A DNA stretch of 64,000 bases from Tubulanus polymorphus (lineage: Eukaryota > Animalia > Nemertea): assembly GCF_964204645.1 (NCBI RefSeq), contig NC_134036.1:11451563-11515562 (forward strand), written 5' to 3'. A model generated the notes under the pieces. It ran no database searches. It was not told where the DNA came from and was given only the letters and a program-made list of their open reading frames with translations. Within the stretch, counting starts at the first letter, position 1; every line of letters begins with the position of its first letter. The position numbers and the translations under genes are program-made. This document shows positions 40,289 to 52,281 of this stretch, piece by piece.

Positions 40289-40561
40289 ATGTCGAGCAAA
40301 GCAGGAGCAAGATCTTTTTATTGCAACTACGCTGGAACGCGGGAGTGCAGTGTGTGCCTCGAAAGACGGCGAGCGTTGGTGGCCTGTGAAAACCATCCCT
40401 TGGCTAACTATATTTGTATGGGATGTTTTATTCAAATGGTAGAACTACGTCCAGAGGACCAACAGTATATTACGTGCCCAATGTGTCGCCGGGTATGGTA
40501 TTTCGAGTTGATGAAATCGCGCCGTTCGACGTTGAGTGGTATGCGTGAAAGGCCACGTTAG
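40289..40561 (+). CDS. Small RING-finger protein (putative E3 ligase)
   Basis: CSVC..CENH..CMGC..CPMCR; intact 90-aa ATG ORF. Confidence 0.75.
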   Translation: MSSKAGARSFYCNYAGTRECSVCLERRRALVACENHPLANYICMGCFIQMVELRPEDQQYITCPMCRRVWYFELMKSRRSTLSGMRERPR

Positions 40562-40979
40562 GAAGACGCCGACTAAGAAGAGATATGAAAACGATACACT
40601 GCAAATAAAACGCACGGTTCTTTTAAGAACCACCCTAAAATTCTCAGAAAGAGACAGTTTTGCTAAGCTCCTCGCTTTATGCCCCAGTTTTTCTTTTTTC
40701 TCAGGAGATTAAAATGTGTAAAAAAACATCAACCATTGTGAGGACAGAACGGGCAATATATCACCCGCTCTAACCAAAAGAGGGTTAACTAAAGTAGTGA
40801 AATTCTATATTTTACGAATTTTATACGTTATTATTCGGATTTACTCTATAATAATCAAGCATTCTGTCGTTGACCAGACCCTTCATACATGATATTATCA
40901 AAGAACGTAATTAAGTTATTGAGAAACAAAAACAATTGATCCGTCGTTAGCATCTGCCGTCTAAAATATCTGGTCAGTA

Positions 40980-41118
40980 AATTATCAGTGTTTACTATAA
41001 AACCAGCTGGATAGCGCGTTATATTCGGTAGTCTGTCACATGGGTACACACCAAAGAAAAACGCTTTCAGACATTCGTCTTTTTTAATAAATTCTAAAAT
41101 TTGGTTTGTGTATAATAT
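40980..41118 (-). pseudogene. N-terminal fragment of Polinton/adenain-like cysteine protease
   Basis: TNQILEFIKKDECLKAFFFGVYPCDRLP..PAGFIVNTD, truncated before the catalytic His; lies directly downstream of the MCP. Confidence 0.8.
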
Positions 41119-41123
41119 GGTCG

Positions 41124-42427
41124 CTAATAATCGATCTATATATGACGTTCTTTTGTTACTTGTAGTAATTCGTCGAAAACGGCGTAAACAATCGAATTCA
41201 CGTTATGCTTCATCATATCGCATTTCGATTTTTAACGACCCCTATTTAATTAGTGACAGGTGCGGTTGATCCCCGTACTCGGGCGACATGTTGAACCCAC
41301 AAATGAAATTGCCTTTTTTGAAATCCTCACGTTTTATCCCAATTCCTTCGATTTTATACAATAAACCCCGGGCTAAATATAAACCGTGATACACTTCACT
41401 ACCATCACCGCGAGAGTCTATAATTAACGGCGAGTTTTGTGCTTGGATATTATCAACGGTCACCCCTATATAATTCAACGAATAATCCTTGAAATCCAAC
41501 GGATTCTTTTTGTAATTACCGCTCAACGCGTCGTCGTCCACTAAAGCTAAAACAATAGCCTTAGGTATCTCTCCGACGAAAACGGAATCCTTGATAATTG
41601 TTCTCAGACCTCCTTGAAATTTTAACGATAATAATTCAGTTCTCGAAAAATAATATTTTGCTGTACTCTTTTCCAGTGCTTTAGCGTGCGCTACTAAAAC
41701 AGAACTAACCAGTTCTAATTTACGAATGTATAGTTGAGCGCTTTCAATCTTTATACGAAAATCTGGGTTTTCGGCAGGGGAAATTAGAGCAAAACATTCC
41801 TTTGATCGAGTTAGTTTTATTTGTAAATCTGTATTGTTGATGAAAATCTTATTCATTCTCATTACGTCGCTATACAAACGAGTATAAGCGCAAACCAGTT
41901 TACTGCCTTTAGTGTAGTTATTCCTTCTGACCAAACCGGAATTTGCGTTTGGTAAAGTAGGATCGATATTTGACTTTTTTTCCGGCTTCGTCTTCGGCAT
42001 AAAGATCGCATTGTAGCCAGCTGCTGTTTTTAGTATACGAGTTGTAATTAACCATATTTTCCAGCTCACATTTGAACGGGTATAACCCCCCGTCGTGGGT
42101 AACCACTCGGTCGTTAAGCGTAATTTGCACATCGCTAAATAGACTATTGGCGCCATTGATCATTGAGACTGACTTTTCACAACCCACATTAGTTCCATCG
42201 GCGTTAACTATTTTGAGCTGTAGTTCTAATTACGTGACGTTTAAATCTAAATATTGTTCAGTTTTTGGTAATCTGAATACAATCGGTCCCATATCGTTAA
42301 TCGACGTAGTGGGTTCATAGCTGACGTATCGGCATTCTTTGAAATCTATCTGTGTTCCGGGAACTGTAAACAGATCGAGTTCGGACTTGACGGACAATGG
42401 CGAATCCTTGCGTACTAATAATGACAT
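41124..42427 (-). pseudogene. Polinton double jelly-roll major capsid protein (PY / F54H12.2-like), disrupted
   Basis: KSELDLFTVPGTQ, GPIVF, YLDL, NSLFSDVQITLND, YPFK, IKLTRSK, LYIRK, AHAKALEKSTAKY, GNYKKNPLDFK, GSLKIEMRY, IVYAVFDELLQVTKER; stops and frameshifts. Confidence 0.92.
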
Positions 42428-42429
42428 AA

Positions 42430-42842
42430 TTAGTACGCTTCAGCGGATGCTTTGGTTTGTCGTACGCGTTTTCTGGTTGTTATACGTCAACTTCGTTTAC
42501 GACCTTTTATTGATTTTGGGGTTGAGGTAGATGGTCTCTTTAAACTTCGTCTGATAATGCGACCCATTGTTTCGACGCCACGATCTTTGATGGCTGTCGC
42601 GATATACTTACCGCCTACCACATCGCTGGCTACGTGTAAACCCGTTCTCAGTAAACGAGGAACCCCTTGCTTGGCGATATCTTTAGTAGTGGAATAACTG
42701 GACGAGCCAACCCGCCCAATACTGATGCAAATCAAGCACCGCCTTGTACGGGGAATGCCGTGTATAGGTCAATACCCGAACCGCATTGGTTCATGTAATA
42801 TTTAACACAAGCATCCCGATCGATTTCGCAGAGAGCCCTCAT
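42430..42842 (-). pseudogene. Polinton small basic core or membrane-active protein with QxG-G motifs, frameshifted
   Basis: YYMNQCGSG..VQGGA.FASVLGGLARPVIPLLK..LLRTGLHVASDVVGG and a Lys/Arg-rich tail; ATG overlaps the penton stop (ATGA); ends 2 bp before the MCP start. Confidence 0.75.
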
Positions 42843-42985
42843 AGCAATAAATTCTTCTTTTTAAAGTGTAGACCCAGGTTAACTTTGCCCTCTCTGAAAA
42901 CGGGGATTCTTCCAGCACATTTTAGGATTATAAGACATATCGTGAAAAAAGACTGCTATCGATGACGTGGACAGGAGGGTTTGTT
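42839..42985 (-). pseudogene. C-terminal fragment of Polinton minor capsid (penton) protein
   Basis: QSFFTICLIILKCAGRIPVFREGKVNLGLHFKKK*, matching the F.TI.I.I...G....F..GKV...LHF+ penton terminus. Confidence 0.7.
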
Positions 42986-42990
42986 TCATT

Positions 42991-43190
42991 CCGTTCCAAG
43001 AAATATGGTATTATCTAGCGTTGTTAAAGACATGGGTTATAAATTATCGAATATATGTTTAGAATATGACACGGTAAGTGATGAAAATATTGTAACACAA
43101 TTCAAACTAAATACAATCCAGGATTTTCATTATCATATGATTATATTGATAAATTCAAAACTGTAACTATTAATGCAAATGATGCTACGA
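42991..43190 (+). pseudogene. Fragment of a second capsid-like gene
   Basis: VPRNMVLSSVVKDMGYKLSNICLEYDTVSDENIVTQ / KYNPGFSLSYDYIDKFKTVTINANDAT; resembles the YK(I/L)SNI.LEY(D/E) segment of another invertebrate Polinton-like capsid family (recognised from memory, not searched). Confidence 0.45.
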
Positions 43191-46100
43191 GCAATTATCT
43201 CAGGTTGAGATTATTGCTCGTAGGTTTGTGTTATTCAGCTCAAACGTACATGTGTAGCTGCAGTGATCAGCGCATTTTCTGTATGCGGATGCAATACAAG
43301 TTTATAGATTAATTTGATCTAGTCGCACTTTTCGCGTCCTATTGATCCGCAGCAAGATTTCGTAGTAGCTAAAAATATTTGTAATGTTGATTTCCTGTAT
43401 GCGTTGGTAGTTATTAATGGGTGTCAGATAAAAAACGATGTAGTAAGCAGGTTGTTGTTAGACGCGAAGAAAGAAGGACACGTTGGGACTCGACCTCACA
43501 ACAACTACTTGTGTTGATCTCATTTCAACCTTTGTAGTACACTATATCTTGTTTTGCATTGTTTAAACTCGCTAAATAGTTGAACAGGACAGAAGATTGA
43601 CGACACCGGCCTGACTTTTTTATATCACGTACATGTCTTTTTTATGAATGAAAATAAGAACATACCTTTTTTATTGCGAAGTAGTGAGTCTAAATCTCGC
43701 TCGCACCAAATGGACCATTGCGCAGCGAACGCGTACACATACACGTGGCTCCATAGGAGATTCACCGACGCCGGCCGTAAGCTCGTGCCACCATCTCGAT
43801 CATTATCTTTACATCATATCTTAATTTTTTTCTAATGGAAAGCTCCATTTACATCTACACCGCCCCACTGGAGTCAGGTGGGGGACTGAAAATTGTTACA
43901 TGATTGTAGCGAGAAATTGTAGTTTAGGAAGAAAATTACCTCAAGCTCCGTGAGTAAAGGGAAATTGGGGGTTTGAGGCCAGAAGTATGGAGTATGAGGC
44001 TTGGTAGGTTTTTGGGTTAAAATGTTGCGTAAAATATATGGGGTAAATTTTTTCTTGGAGGATGGAAATGCAAGTGAAATGTTGATAAAATAAAATATTT
44101 TCCAAACATTGTGATAAATATGTTGGTAAATCGAATATATCTTTTCATAATAAATCATGTAAACATCAGAAAAAATGAAATTGGTGGTGAAAAAATAAAT
44201 ATAGATGAAAAAAAAATAGATTCTATAAAACTGAATGAAATTTATTGTGATATTTTCGCAGGTTAAAAGACAGTATATTTCTCGGTTTCAGCAGAAAGGA
44301 GTACTATTTTGCTTGGTTCTAGGTGTTCCTTTAGCGGTTTGTGACATATTGTGTCAGCTCCAGTTATGTCATTTTATTACTATACCGTTATAGCGTCATT
44401 TTATTACTATACCGTTATAGCGTCTCGTACGATGTTTAATTCGTGTTTGTCGTATATATTTCTGTCTGATGTGATTCCTTACCTTCGCCTGAAGATACGA
44501 CAGATTATTCCCTATTTAGTGATGATCGTTAGAAGAGATGTCCGTTTCTCCAGTATTTGACTATGTTATTAGGTGTTGCTGTTCCCTTTGAATTGGTGTA
44601 AATTCACAGGGAACAGCAACAGTTATAAGGCGCAGCTATAAATTGACTTTCAATTTTGGAATTGAAGAAAATTATATGAACTTTAAAAAGTCCGATATTT
44701 TCAATCTATGATTTGCTGTGATATTTTGTAATCGTATTTCATTATACAATCGTCGCGAGTGTTGTGTTCTGAGTTTGGTTTGTCTCATCTTGATTTTCGG
44801 GGCGAAAATATTAAGTCCATGGGGATATTAGGAAGATAGTGATGTGTACGGAAGCTGGAGTTCATGGTTAGTGTTACTATTGCCAGACTGCCTGCGTTGA
44901 TGCATGAGGCAGACATAAACAATTAATAGAAATAATGTAAATAAACACGTCTGGATGTGACGTATGTGTCTACGTAGGAAAACCTAAACATAGTACGGCC
45001 ATGAGTTCCGACGAGTACACAAGATATTTTTTGGTTGTTGTGACGTGTGTAGGTACGTTTACATTCCATACATTGGCTGGAGGAATGTTTTGACGCATAA
45101 ATACATGAAAATCCGTGAATTCCAGCCATGTGTGGTAAGGGTCTGCACACGTTACAACATTCCTCCAGCCTCCTTTTAAAGAGTAAAATGATTTAAAATG
45201 AGACACCGGGAAACATTAAAAGTAGAGAAAAAACAACGAGACTGGAAAGAAAACAGCCAGAGCGAATATACCTCTGTGAATAAAAGCTTATTATACCTAC
45301 TGGAGAAGATTCTTTCAACCTTCATTATCTATCACTTATTTTCGATCGAATTGTCTGTAAAACATCAGTCTTCGTCCATGATTTGAATTCAATCCAATAG
45401 TTTTCACTATTTTCAATTTGTTCTGCTTATAATCTCTTATCTAGAGTACCAATGCTTAATTTTGATGCTGATTAAACATACACTCACGTAAATTTAGGAA
45501 AGTCCATATTAAGAATTTCGTTTCTTGTTTTTGTATTGCATCTACACGCCAGAGGTAATAACGGATTCATACATTTGACTACAAAGAGAAAAAAAATTCC
45601 TTGTGTACAGACAGTTCAAGTTTTTAGATCCCTGAAAAGCTTCCATTTTAGATATCTCGATAATAATTGACCATTTATTTTTCTGATTGACCATTAATTT
45701 TCCCAAAAAGTCCCCCTTTCGAAAAACCTAAGCAACCAATGTATGCTTGCTTTGTGTTTACCAATGCACTTATTATAAGTACATTAGCAAGCACATTGTT
45801 ACCTTTTCTAGCTATTTCCAATGTTTTCAGTAAAATATTGCATCCTGTATTACATGAATCATTCAACGATACTCCGGGACTAATAACTCACAAAAAGTTT
45901 AGATTAACCATTAAACAATATGATACATGACCAAATACACGTTTAATACGAAAAAGACCCACTACGCGCACATTTCAAATTTCGAACCATGGCTTATCAT
46001 TTAAAAATTACGACACGACGTTCGATCTCTCACTAGAGATCATCTTTTTAAATCTATACGCAGCGGGTTTAATTGTTTTGTCAATTATCTACATTTGAGT

Positions 46101-49100
46101 GCGACTATACTATAAATACAAAGTTATTTTAGCAATGAAGTTTTAATTGCAATTACAAATATTAACAATCCACTGGTAAACTCTGAACAACCTTCGGCAA
46201 CTAACCTCAGATCGTAGATTGGTCTCAGGTGGCCTGCTGATCCACTTTTCTAATACTACTAAATAATTAAACATTATATTTAGAAGTAGTCCATTGAAGT
46301 ACTATTTATTTTCATATCAGGATAATTTGTGTACGGAAGATTGTAAAACGATATTCCATCGAGTTTTATGGTTCTCTAGATTATAGTGTATACAATCAAT
46401 AATTAATTATCTTCCACGGATACCAATCATACCAAGTTAACACAATAATTTTCTTAAAACTGTTATTGTTGATAACGATGTTTTCTACTGGTCTGAAGTA
46501 CCACTAACAGCGGACTGTTACTGTTGATTACGATGTTTTCTACTGGTCTGAAGTACCACTAACAGCCGAATGTAGGCGATTCATGTAGAATTTAGATTGT
46601 TAAATTTAGGGTGTTAGAAACGTACGGCAGCAAACGTCTATTCTCATAGTGAGAACGCTTAACTAAATTTATTGCCTATACGCAGCGAAATAATTGCCTA
46701 AACGCAGTTAAACGTCTCGAGCGGAGTTAATGCGTCGATCGCTCTATATTACTTCGAGAAGTTACTGTCTCGGCCAAAGAGTGGCGTGCGATTCGGTCCG
46801 ACTGATTCAACCGCGCGCAGCCGTCGCGCAGCCGTCGCATATTGGTCCCTATATGAACGAATACTTTTTAGCGCCAAATTCTGGAAATAATTTCTCCCTG
46901 GTCTCCCTTAATTTTCGAGGCCGTACTTCCGGTCGATCGATTTTTTTCTTCCCACAAAATAATTTTCCCGTGATCACCGTGCGTTAAGAGTCGATTTTTG
47001 GTATATAATCTAGAAACAAACATCGGTGATGATCGTGTCTGCAACATAATGGTTCTTGCGTCGGTGAAACTCTCATTCAGCCGTGTACTGTAATAGACGG
47101 ACGACTTCACGACCAAAAGGTAAGTCCCTACGTCCCTACAAACGTTGAGCAAATAGATGTAGCTAGTCTTACGCAGACACTCGCGCATTCTACCGAAACA
47201 CGCTGTGCGAATAAATTCGCTGCGAAAATAATGTAGTGTGTAAGAGGCTTTACTGATGCTTCATCGGGCAAAAGGGTTAATAAGAAAACTTACATGCACT
47301 AATTCTTTATCGATTATAGAAACCTTCTTCTATTTAACTTTATGTCGACTGAAATTATGGACGGATTATTTCCACAATGTTCTCATAGATCCAGTTATGA
47401 TATCAGATCAAGTGTAGGCATAATGTATTGATTGATGGATACATCGAATGTTTCTCGCTCGTCAAGCGGCAGGCGATGCTGGACCGTAAAAGCGTCCTAA
47501 ACCGTAAATGTGTTTTTGTTTTTATATCACCTACTGTTGTTGGTAAAAATAAAATAATTTGGCCTAATTGTATATTCTCTACCTCACATACTACACCGAA
47601 TTTATAGTTCAGTTCTTTGATGGCACCTGTTAAAAACACAAATCAATGAATATATGTTAATAAACTGATATTTGGGTCTTTTCCGGAAATTGGATTTTTG
47701 TCCGGAAATTGGATTTTTGTCAGACTTGGCCTTGAAAAATCTAACAACATCGCTAGCACATAGAAAAAAAGGTAGAAACAATATTTATTGCATTTTGATA
47801 GCACCTTTTCGGATATTCAGTATAACTTCAATTAAGCTGGCATACGACTAAATTCACAAAGTCATCGTTGAAATGTGGTATAAATTCAAGGTTGCAGCGG
47901 GCTAAGAAAGTAAATTAAAATTCCACTACCTAAAGCCGATGTTGAACTGTGGCTAATGCTGCATGATACGTCGATGTTTTAGATTGTCTTTTGTTGCCAA
48001 CGGTGTCGTACATAAACGAAAAAATGGATAGATGAAAGAAAAACATCGGCTTCATGACCATTTTCTTAAGATGCCTGGTACACCTACTTTGCATGCGTTC
48101 ACAATTCTCCTGTCTGTTTGTCCGGGAGTCGACGATATCAAATTATTTTCCGATTTCGACAAACGTTTTATCTGTTTTTGATGTTTATGAGTTATTGGTC
48201 CGTTCTTAGATACATACATTGTAACTCGACCTGCTCCAGTCAGTCTTATTATGTCTACAGATCTCACCTTTGGATACTGCGCGTATTATTCCAGTAGCAT
48301 GTACATCAATCGTGTACTCGAGCCACGAAGTGTAACGCCAAAATATTGCGTTCACTTTATATACATGTGTTACAGTAGTTAGTAGTAAGTCCACGCTAGG
48401 ACCACGGTCAAATGTCCGACTAATTCCGATTATATTATGAGTAAGTCGGGTTTTGGGGTTTTCTTAGGAAAAATCCGAGTTAGCTACTAATACTAAGACC
48501 CTAACCCTAACAACTTGGTGCACGGGGTCAATATTCTATTATATAGCCGACTACAATTGCAAACATGTGTGTCCGTTAAAAGAAAAATTGATCTACCGGT
48601 GTATAATACGATGCGCGCCTGTTTCGATTTGTTTAGAAATAACTGAAATTGGACGACTGACTTAGAGATTGAAAAATGCATTGCTTTGAAACGTTCGGAA
48701 CATATATTCTAGCCGACTTAGTCGAATTTCTAACTATGAGACAGATTTTGATAGGGAAATGAACTGAGAAAATCGGGTCTTTGGATTCGGAAGATTTTGC
48801 TGATTTTCCTATTTAAAGCCGTCCGACTTGGGCCAGTTCTACTGTAGTTGTCCGTGTGTCTCATTCCGATACGTCGAGAGAATCGAGTAATTTGGAGTGT
48901 TCTGGAAACGTTTTATTGGTGTTAATTCCCCGTATATAAATTCTGCAGGTTACATACTCTGCATTGTCGTTTACTGCGGTATTGGATTTTGTGGTTACAC
49001 TTGTGATATTGTGTCCTTTATCAATGTCTGCTTGCCTGGAACTTGTCTGCTGTGACCATCGGTATGTTCTGTATCATGTCATATTACCCCGATGATATAT

Positions 49101-49610
49101 AATTAGCTGCATCACCCTCGTGATATCTGTATCTTATTCTTTTTGCACATAGCATGCTTGCTATAAATATGTACTGCTTCTAGATATGTGAGATCGATAT
49201 TGCCTGAATAATCCCTGTTATGCGGAAATGTGATTTTGAGACACCGTCCCGTCATTAAAGGTTTACTTACCCATGACATATGTTTCCATTCAAAGCGCCG
49301 CTTACTTTTCGTGTGCTGTATCTTTTTTTCTGTTAAAGGACAGTTAACATCTTGCCGTAGTGGTAATTTTCGGGACATCAAGAACCAATAACAATCATTA
49401 GTATCACAATCATATGATATCTTACCTTCAATGAGTAGAAATCCGTGTAAATACACCCGTGAACACCTTAGAGGTGACTCGGTCCATGTGCTCATTCTAC
49501 AGCACCTGTCCACTCCCTCCATCTAGAGGCCACCATGCAAACTACTGATGTACTAATAATGGAATAAATATATCATCAGCTTATCAGTGCGCGATGACGC
49601 ATCACAAATG
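42991..49610 (-). repeat. Right arm of ~6.7-kb inverted duplication
   Basis: Reverse complement of 11310-18085; arm-specific tandem duplications near 46460-46566 and 47682-47720; cut off at 49611 by a palindromic repeat. Confidence 0.95.
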
Positions 49611-49690
49611 ACCCCCGTGAAGCTGGCTCCCGGTTCCCGGTTCCTTATTCGGCTCCCGATTCAAAAACATTTTGAATCGGGAGCCGAACG
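49611..49690. repeat. Palindromic repeat family copy A (copies B 50961-51024 and C 62582-62800)
   Basis: ACCCC..GAAGCTGGCTCCCGGTTCCCG..TTCGGCTCCCGATTCAAAA..ATTTTGAATCGGGAGCCGAA hairpin. Confidence 0.85.
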
Positions 49691-50760
49691 AAGTCAAGAA
49701 TTCGAATGCGATGGAGCTTGAAGGTACAAGGGATGTTTGAATTATATTCAGGCACAGAAACTCAAAATCGGAGAAATAATTACGGATAGACACGTTCAAA
49801 TTAAAAAGTACCTTCAGTTGAATCATCCATCTATACAGCAGTACTTTGATGGGTGGCATCTTGCTAAGGGTAAAAAGCTCTTTTCGAATCTTAATTCATA
49901 TGATTTACTCTGTTACACATTTAAAACCATAGTCTCGAAATTTAAAATAGGTTAGGTACTTAATTTTATTGTAAATTGCAGGAGTTTTCAAAAAGATAGA
50001 GAAGGCAGCATAAACTAAGAAGTACAGTGTGCTTGGAGATTTGTCTCGATCAGTTATGTGCAAGTAGCAATGGAATGGCAGGTGTTGTGGAGAAATGGAA
50101 GTCCATTTTATATCACGCAGCTAATGTACACGAAGGTCACGATGGAGGCCTTTTCCAGGAATGTGCCCATGGTCCTCTTGAACCACGGAACTGGATAAAA
50201 AAAGGTCAGTGCTATAGTGCAGTTTTATGTGTCCTTGTTGGTTACATGTATGTACATGTATGTGTGATTTCACTTTAAAAAAAACATTGTAACATTGATC
50301 ACAAAAAGTAACATTGATCTTAATCAAACTATCTCTAGGATCTGCTCCACACAAAGTATTGAATGGTATCGTGATGAACAAAAGCTTACTCGCTGACATA
50401 GGGAGTATTTCACCGCGAGCCCAGAAATCTTCACTCGAGTCTTATCATAGGGTTGTGATATACTTTGCGCATAAGTCACTGCATTACTTTTATAACTCGA
50501 TGAATGCTAGGTAATTTGAAAATCCTTTGATGATAAAATGAAAAGTTATGTTTAAATGTATGATGTTTATCTTCACTACCATGATCTAGAAACAAATCTT
50601 ATTTTCTATTTAAAGACTACAACTTTCAGCTCTTCATTATAATGAGAACCGTAACAGAATGCAAGCTCATACAAAGGTATTCCGCAGTATCAGCTGTAGT
50701 ATGCTAAGTGGAAGAAAGGTATGGCCGCTGCCAAAGAAGTTAAAGTGCCAGCTACATATA
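49690..50760 (+). pseudogene. Intron-containing DDE transposase fragment, Kolobok-like
   Basis: Four exons (~49690-49869, 49982-50204, 50339-50510, 50616-50760) with GT-AG introns: EVKNSNAMELEG..ITDRHVQIKKY..YFDGWHLAK, EKWKSILYH..NVH..CAHGPL, SSLESYH..FAHK, LSALHYNEN; stops and frameshifts. Confidence 0.7.
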
Positions 50761-50960
50761 GTGAGTAAATTATAGCGATTAATCTGATCATTGATTATTT
50801 CGCCTTATTATTTTAACAAAATGATATTGTGACTGAATTGTGTTGTATTGGATAGTATATAAAGAAAAAAAGAAAAAAGGTTAAAAAAAGATTAAAAGCA
50901 ATGTCACCCCATGTTTAGACTGACCGGTGTCAGTTTTTAATGACTTTTATCTTATAAAAA

Positions 50961-51024
50961 ACCCCTGGGAAGCTGGCTCCCGGTTCCCGATTCGGTTCCC
51001 GATTCAAAACCATTTTGAATCGGG
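50961..51024. repeat. Palindromic repeat family copy B
   Basis: ACCCCTGGGAAGCTGGCTCCCGGTTCCCGATTCGGTTCCCGATTCAAAACCATTTTGAATCGGG. Confidence 0.85.
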
Positions 51025-51029
51025 TATAT

Positions 51030-51549
51030 TATTCTTGCGATACACTTTCCACGGGTGCGAGTGCACGTTTTGAAAAGTGGATGTTCCCCTTTAAGTTTAG
51101 AAATTGGTCTCATTTCCTGAGGCCTTTTCGCTTTTTGGTACCAATTGTTTTGGCTGGTGGAGATTCATTGTTGGGTTCATTAGTAGCAGCTGCTGGGGGT
51201 TGAACTTCATTAGACTCACAGGTATCAGCTACACGTAGCACTTGCAAATCTCCAGCAGGATCATTAGTATCAACATGTGGCTCGTAAATAGAAACTTGGA
51301 TTCCAGGCTCACCAGCTTGGTTAGAATTGTCTATTCGTTCAATATGCCCTTTGGTATTTTCTGTCCACGTTTTTATCCCAGTAACTCCACGTACGTTTTT
51401 TTTTCTTGTGGCGAATAACTGACAATTGTTGTTGGTTCTAAAGGCACAGGTTTTTGAGCATCTATCACGCCTTCCTCTCGTAAAACACTGAAAATCATTG
51501 AGAATGACAGCTGAGCCATCTTCCAAGTCTTCTAATACAAAAGTGTAAC
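51030..51549 (-). pseudogene. Unassigned exon-like coding remnant
   Basis: Acceptor TTTTTATATAG then GYTFVLEDLEDGSAVILNDF..; low-complexity tail ending KKRKGLRK; family not recognised. Confidence 0.3.
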
Positions 51550-51966
51550 CTATATAAAAAGCCTTCTTTCTTAACCCCCGCCCTTTTCATTAGACCGTGC
51601 CAAAGTTGGAATTACTGATTTTCTAATGAGAGCGCACAGACAAAGATAAGACATTCTCACGAGTTTTTCAATCATAACTTTGAATTGAGAAATAAATAGC
51701 CAAATTACAAGTGAAACCTCCTAAAATGTAATAGACTATGCAAAATAAAATCTATCTTAAATACCAACAGTATGTAAAAGAGAGACGGATTAATTTACTG
51801 TTTGTAACATATGTGCATTTAAAACTGCAATAAAATTCAATTCAATTTTATCTTCAATGCACTGCAATGAATCGAGAGTGCGGCTGTCTTGATGAATCCG
51901 TGGGAGGCCTTCACTCCCATCCCCTTCCGCGAGTTATTCTAATTGAAGTGACTATCGAAATTTTGA

Positions 51967-52195
51967 GATGTCTTCGAACCTCCGACTTTCGTTCTTGATT
52001 AATGAAAGCAAATGCTTTCTTGGCAAATGCTTTCGCAGTAGTTCGTCTCACGGCGATCCAAGAATTTCACCTCTAACGCCCGATACGAATGCCCTCGTCT
52101 GCCTCTCTAAATTTACCTCGGGAGTTCCGGAGACCAACGAAAACAGGAACCGAGGTCCTATTCCATTATTCCATGTACCGTTATTCAGGCGTGAA
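51967..52195 (-). rRNA. Degenerate 18S rRNA gene fragment (V4-V5 region), non-functional
   Basis: Minus strand reads CATGGAATAATGGAATAGGACCTCGG..TTAGAGGTGAAATTCTTGGATCGCCGT.AGACGAACTACTGCGAAAGCATTTGCCAAG..TTCATTAATCAAGAACGAAAGTC.GAGGTTCGAAGAC; has deletions and a duplicated AAAGCATTTGC. Confidence 0.93.
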
Positions 52196-52230
52196 TAAAC
52201 AGCGGTTTTGTGGGATGAGAGACGTTAAAG

Positions 52231-52233
<3 letters not shown>

Positions 52234-52274
<41 letters not shown>

Positions 52275-52281
52275 TGTTGCT
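52234..52281. repeat. (CTG/CAG)n microsatellite
   Basis: About 16 GCT/GTT triplets. Confidence 0.9.

Larger units (their letters stand above)
39260..42990. mobile_element. Decayed Polinton/Maverick (adintovirus-like) internal fragment: virion module plus accessory genes
   Basis: Tightly packed minus-strand penton C-terminus, core protein, MCP and protease N-terminus, with plus-strand PC4 and RING ORFs; no polB, integrase, ATPase or TIR seen. Confidence 0.88.

Noticed and set aside
11310-49610. Whole 38-kb unit as one giant Polinton or TIR transposon
   Set aside because: The arms contain host-like sequence with an older third copy outside; there are no Polinton-type termini or TSD, the right end is a truncation by another repeat, and no polB, integrase or ATPase is present
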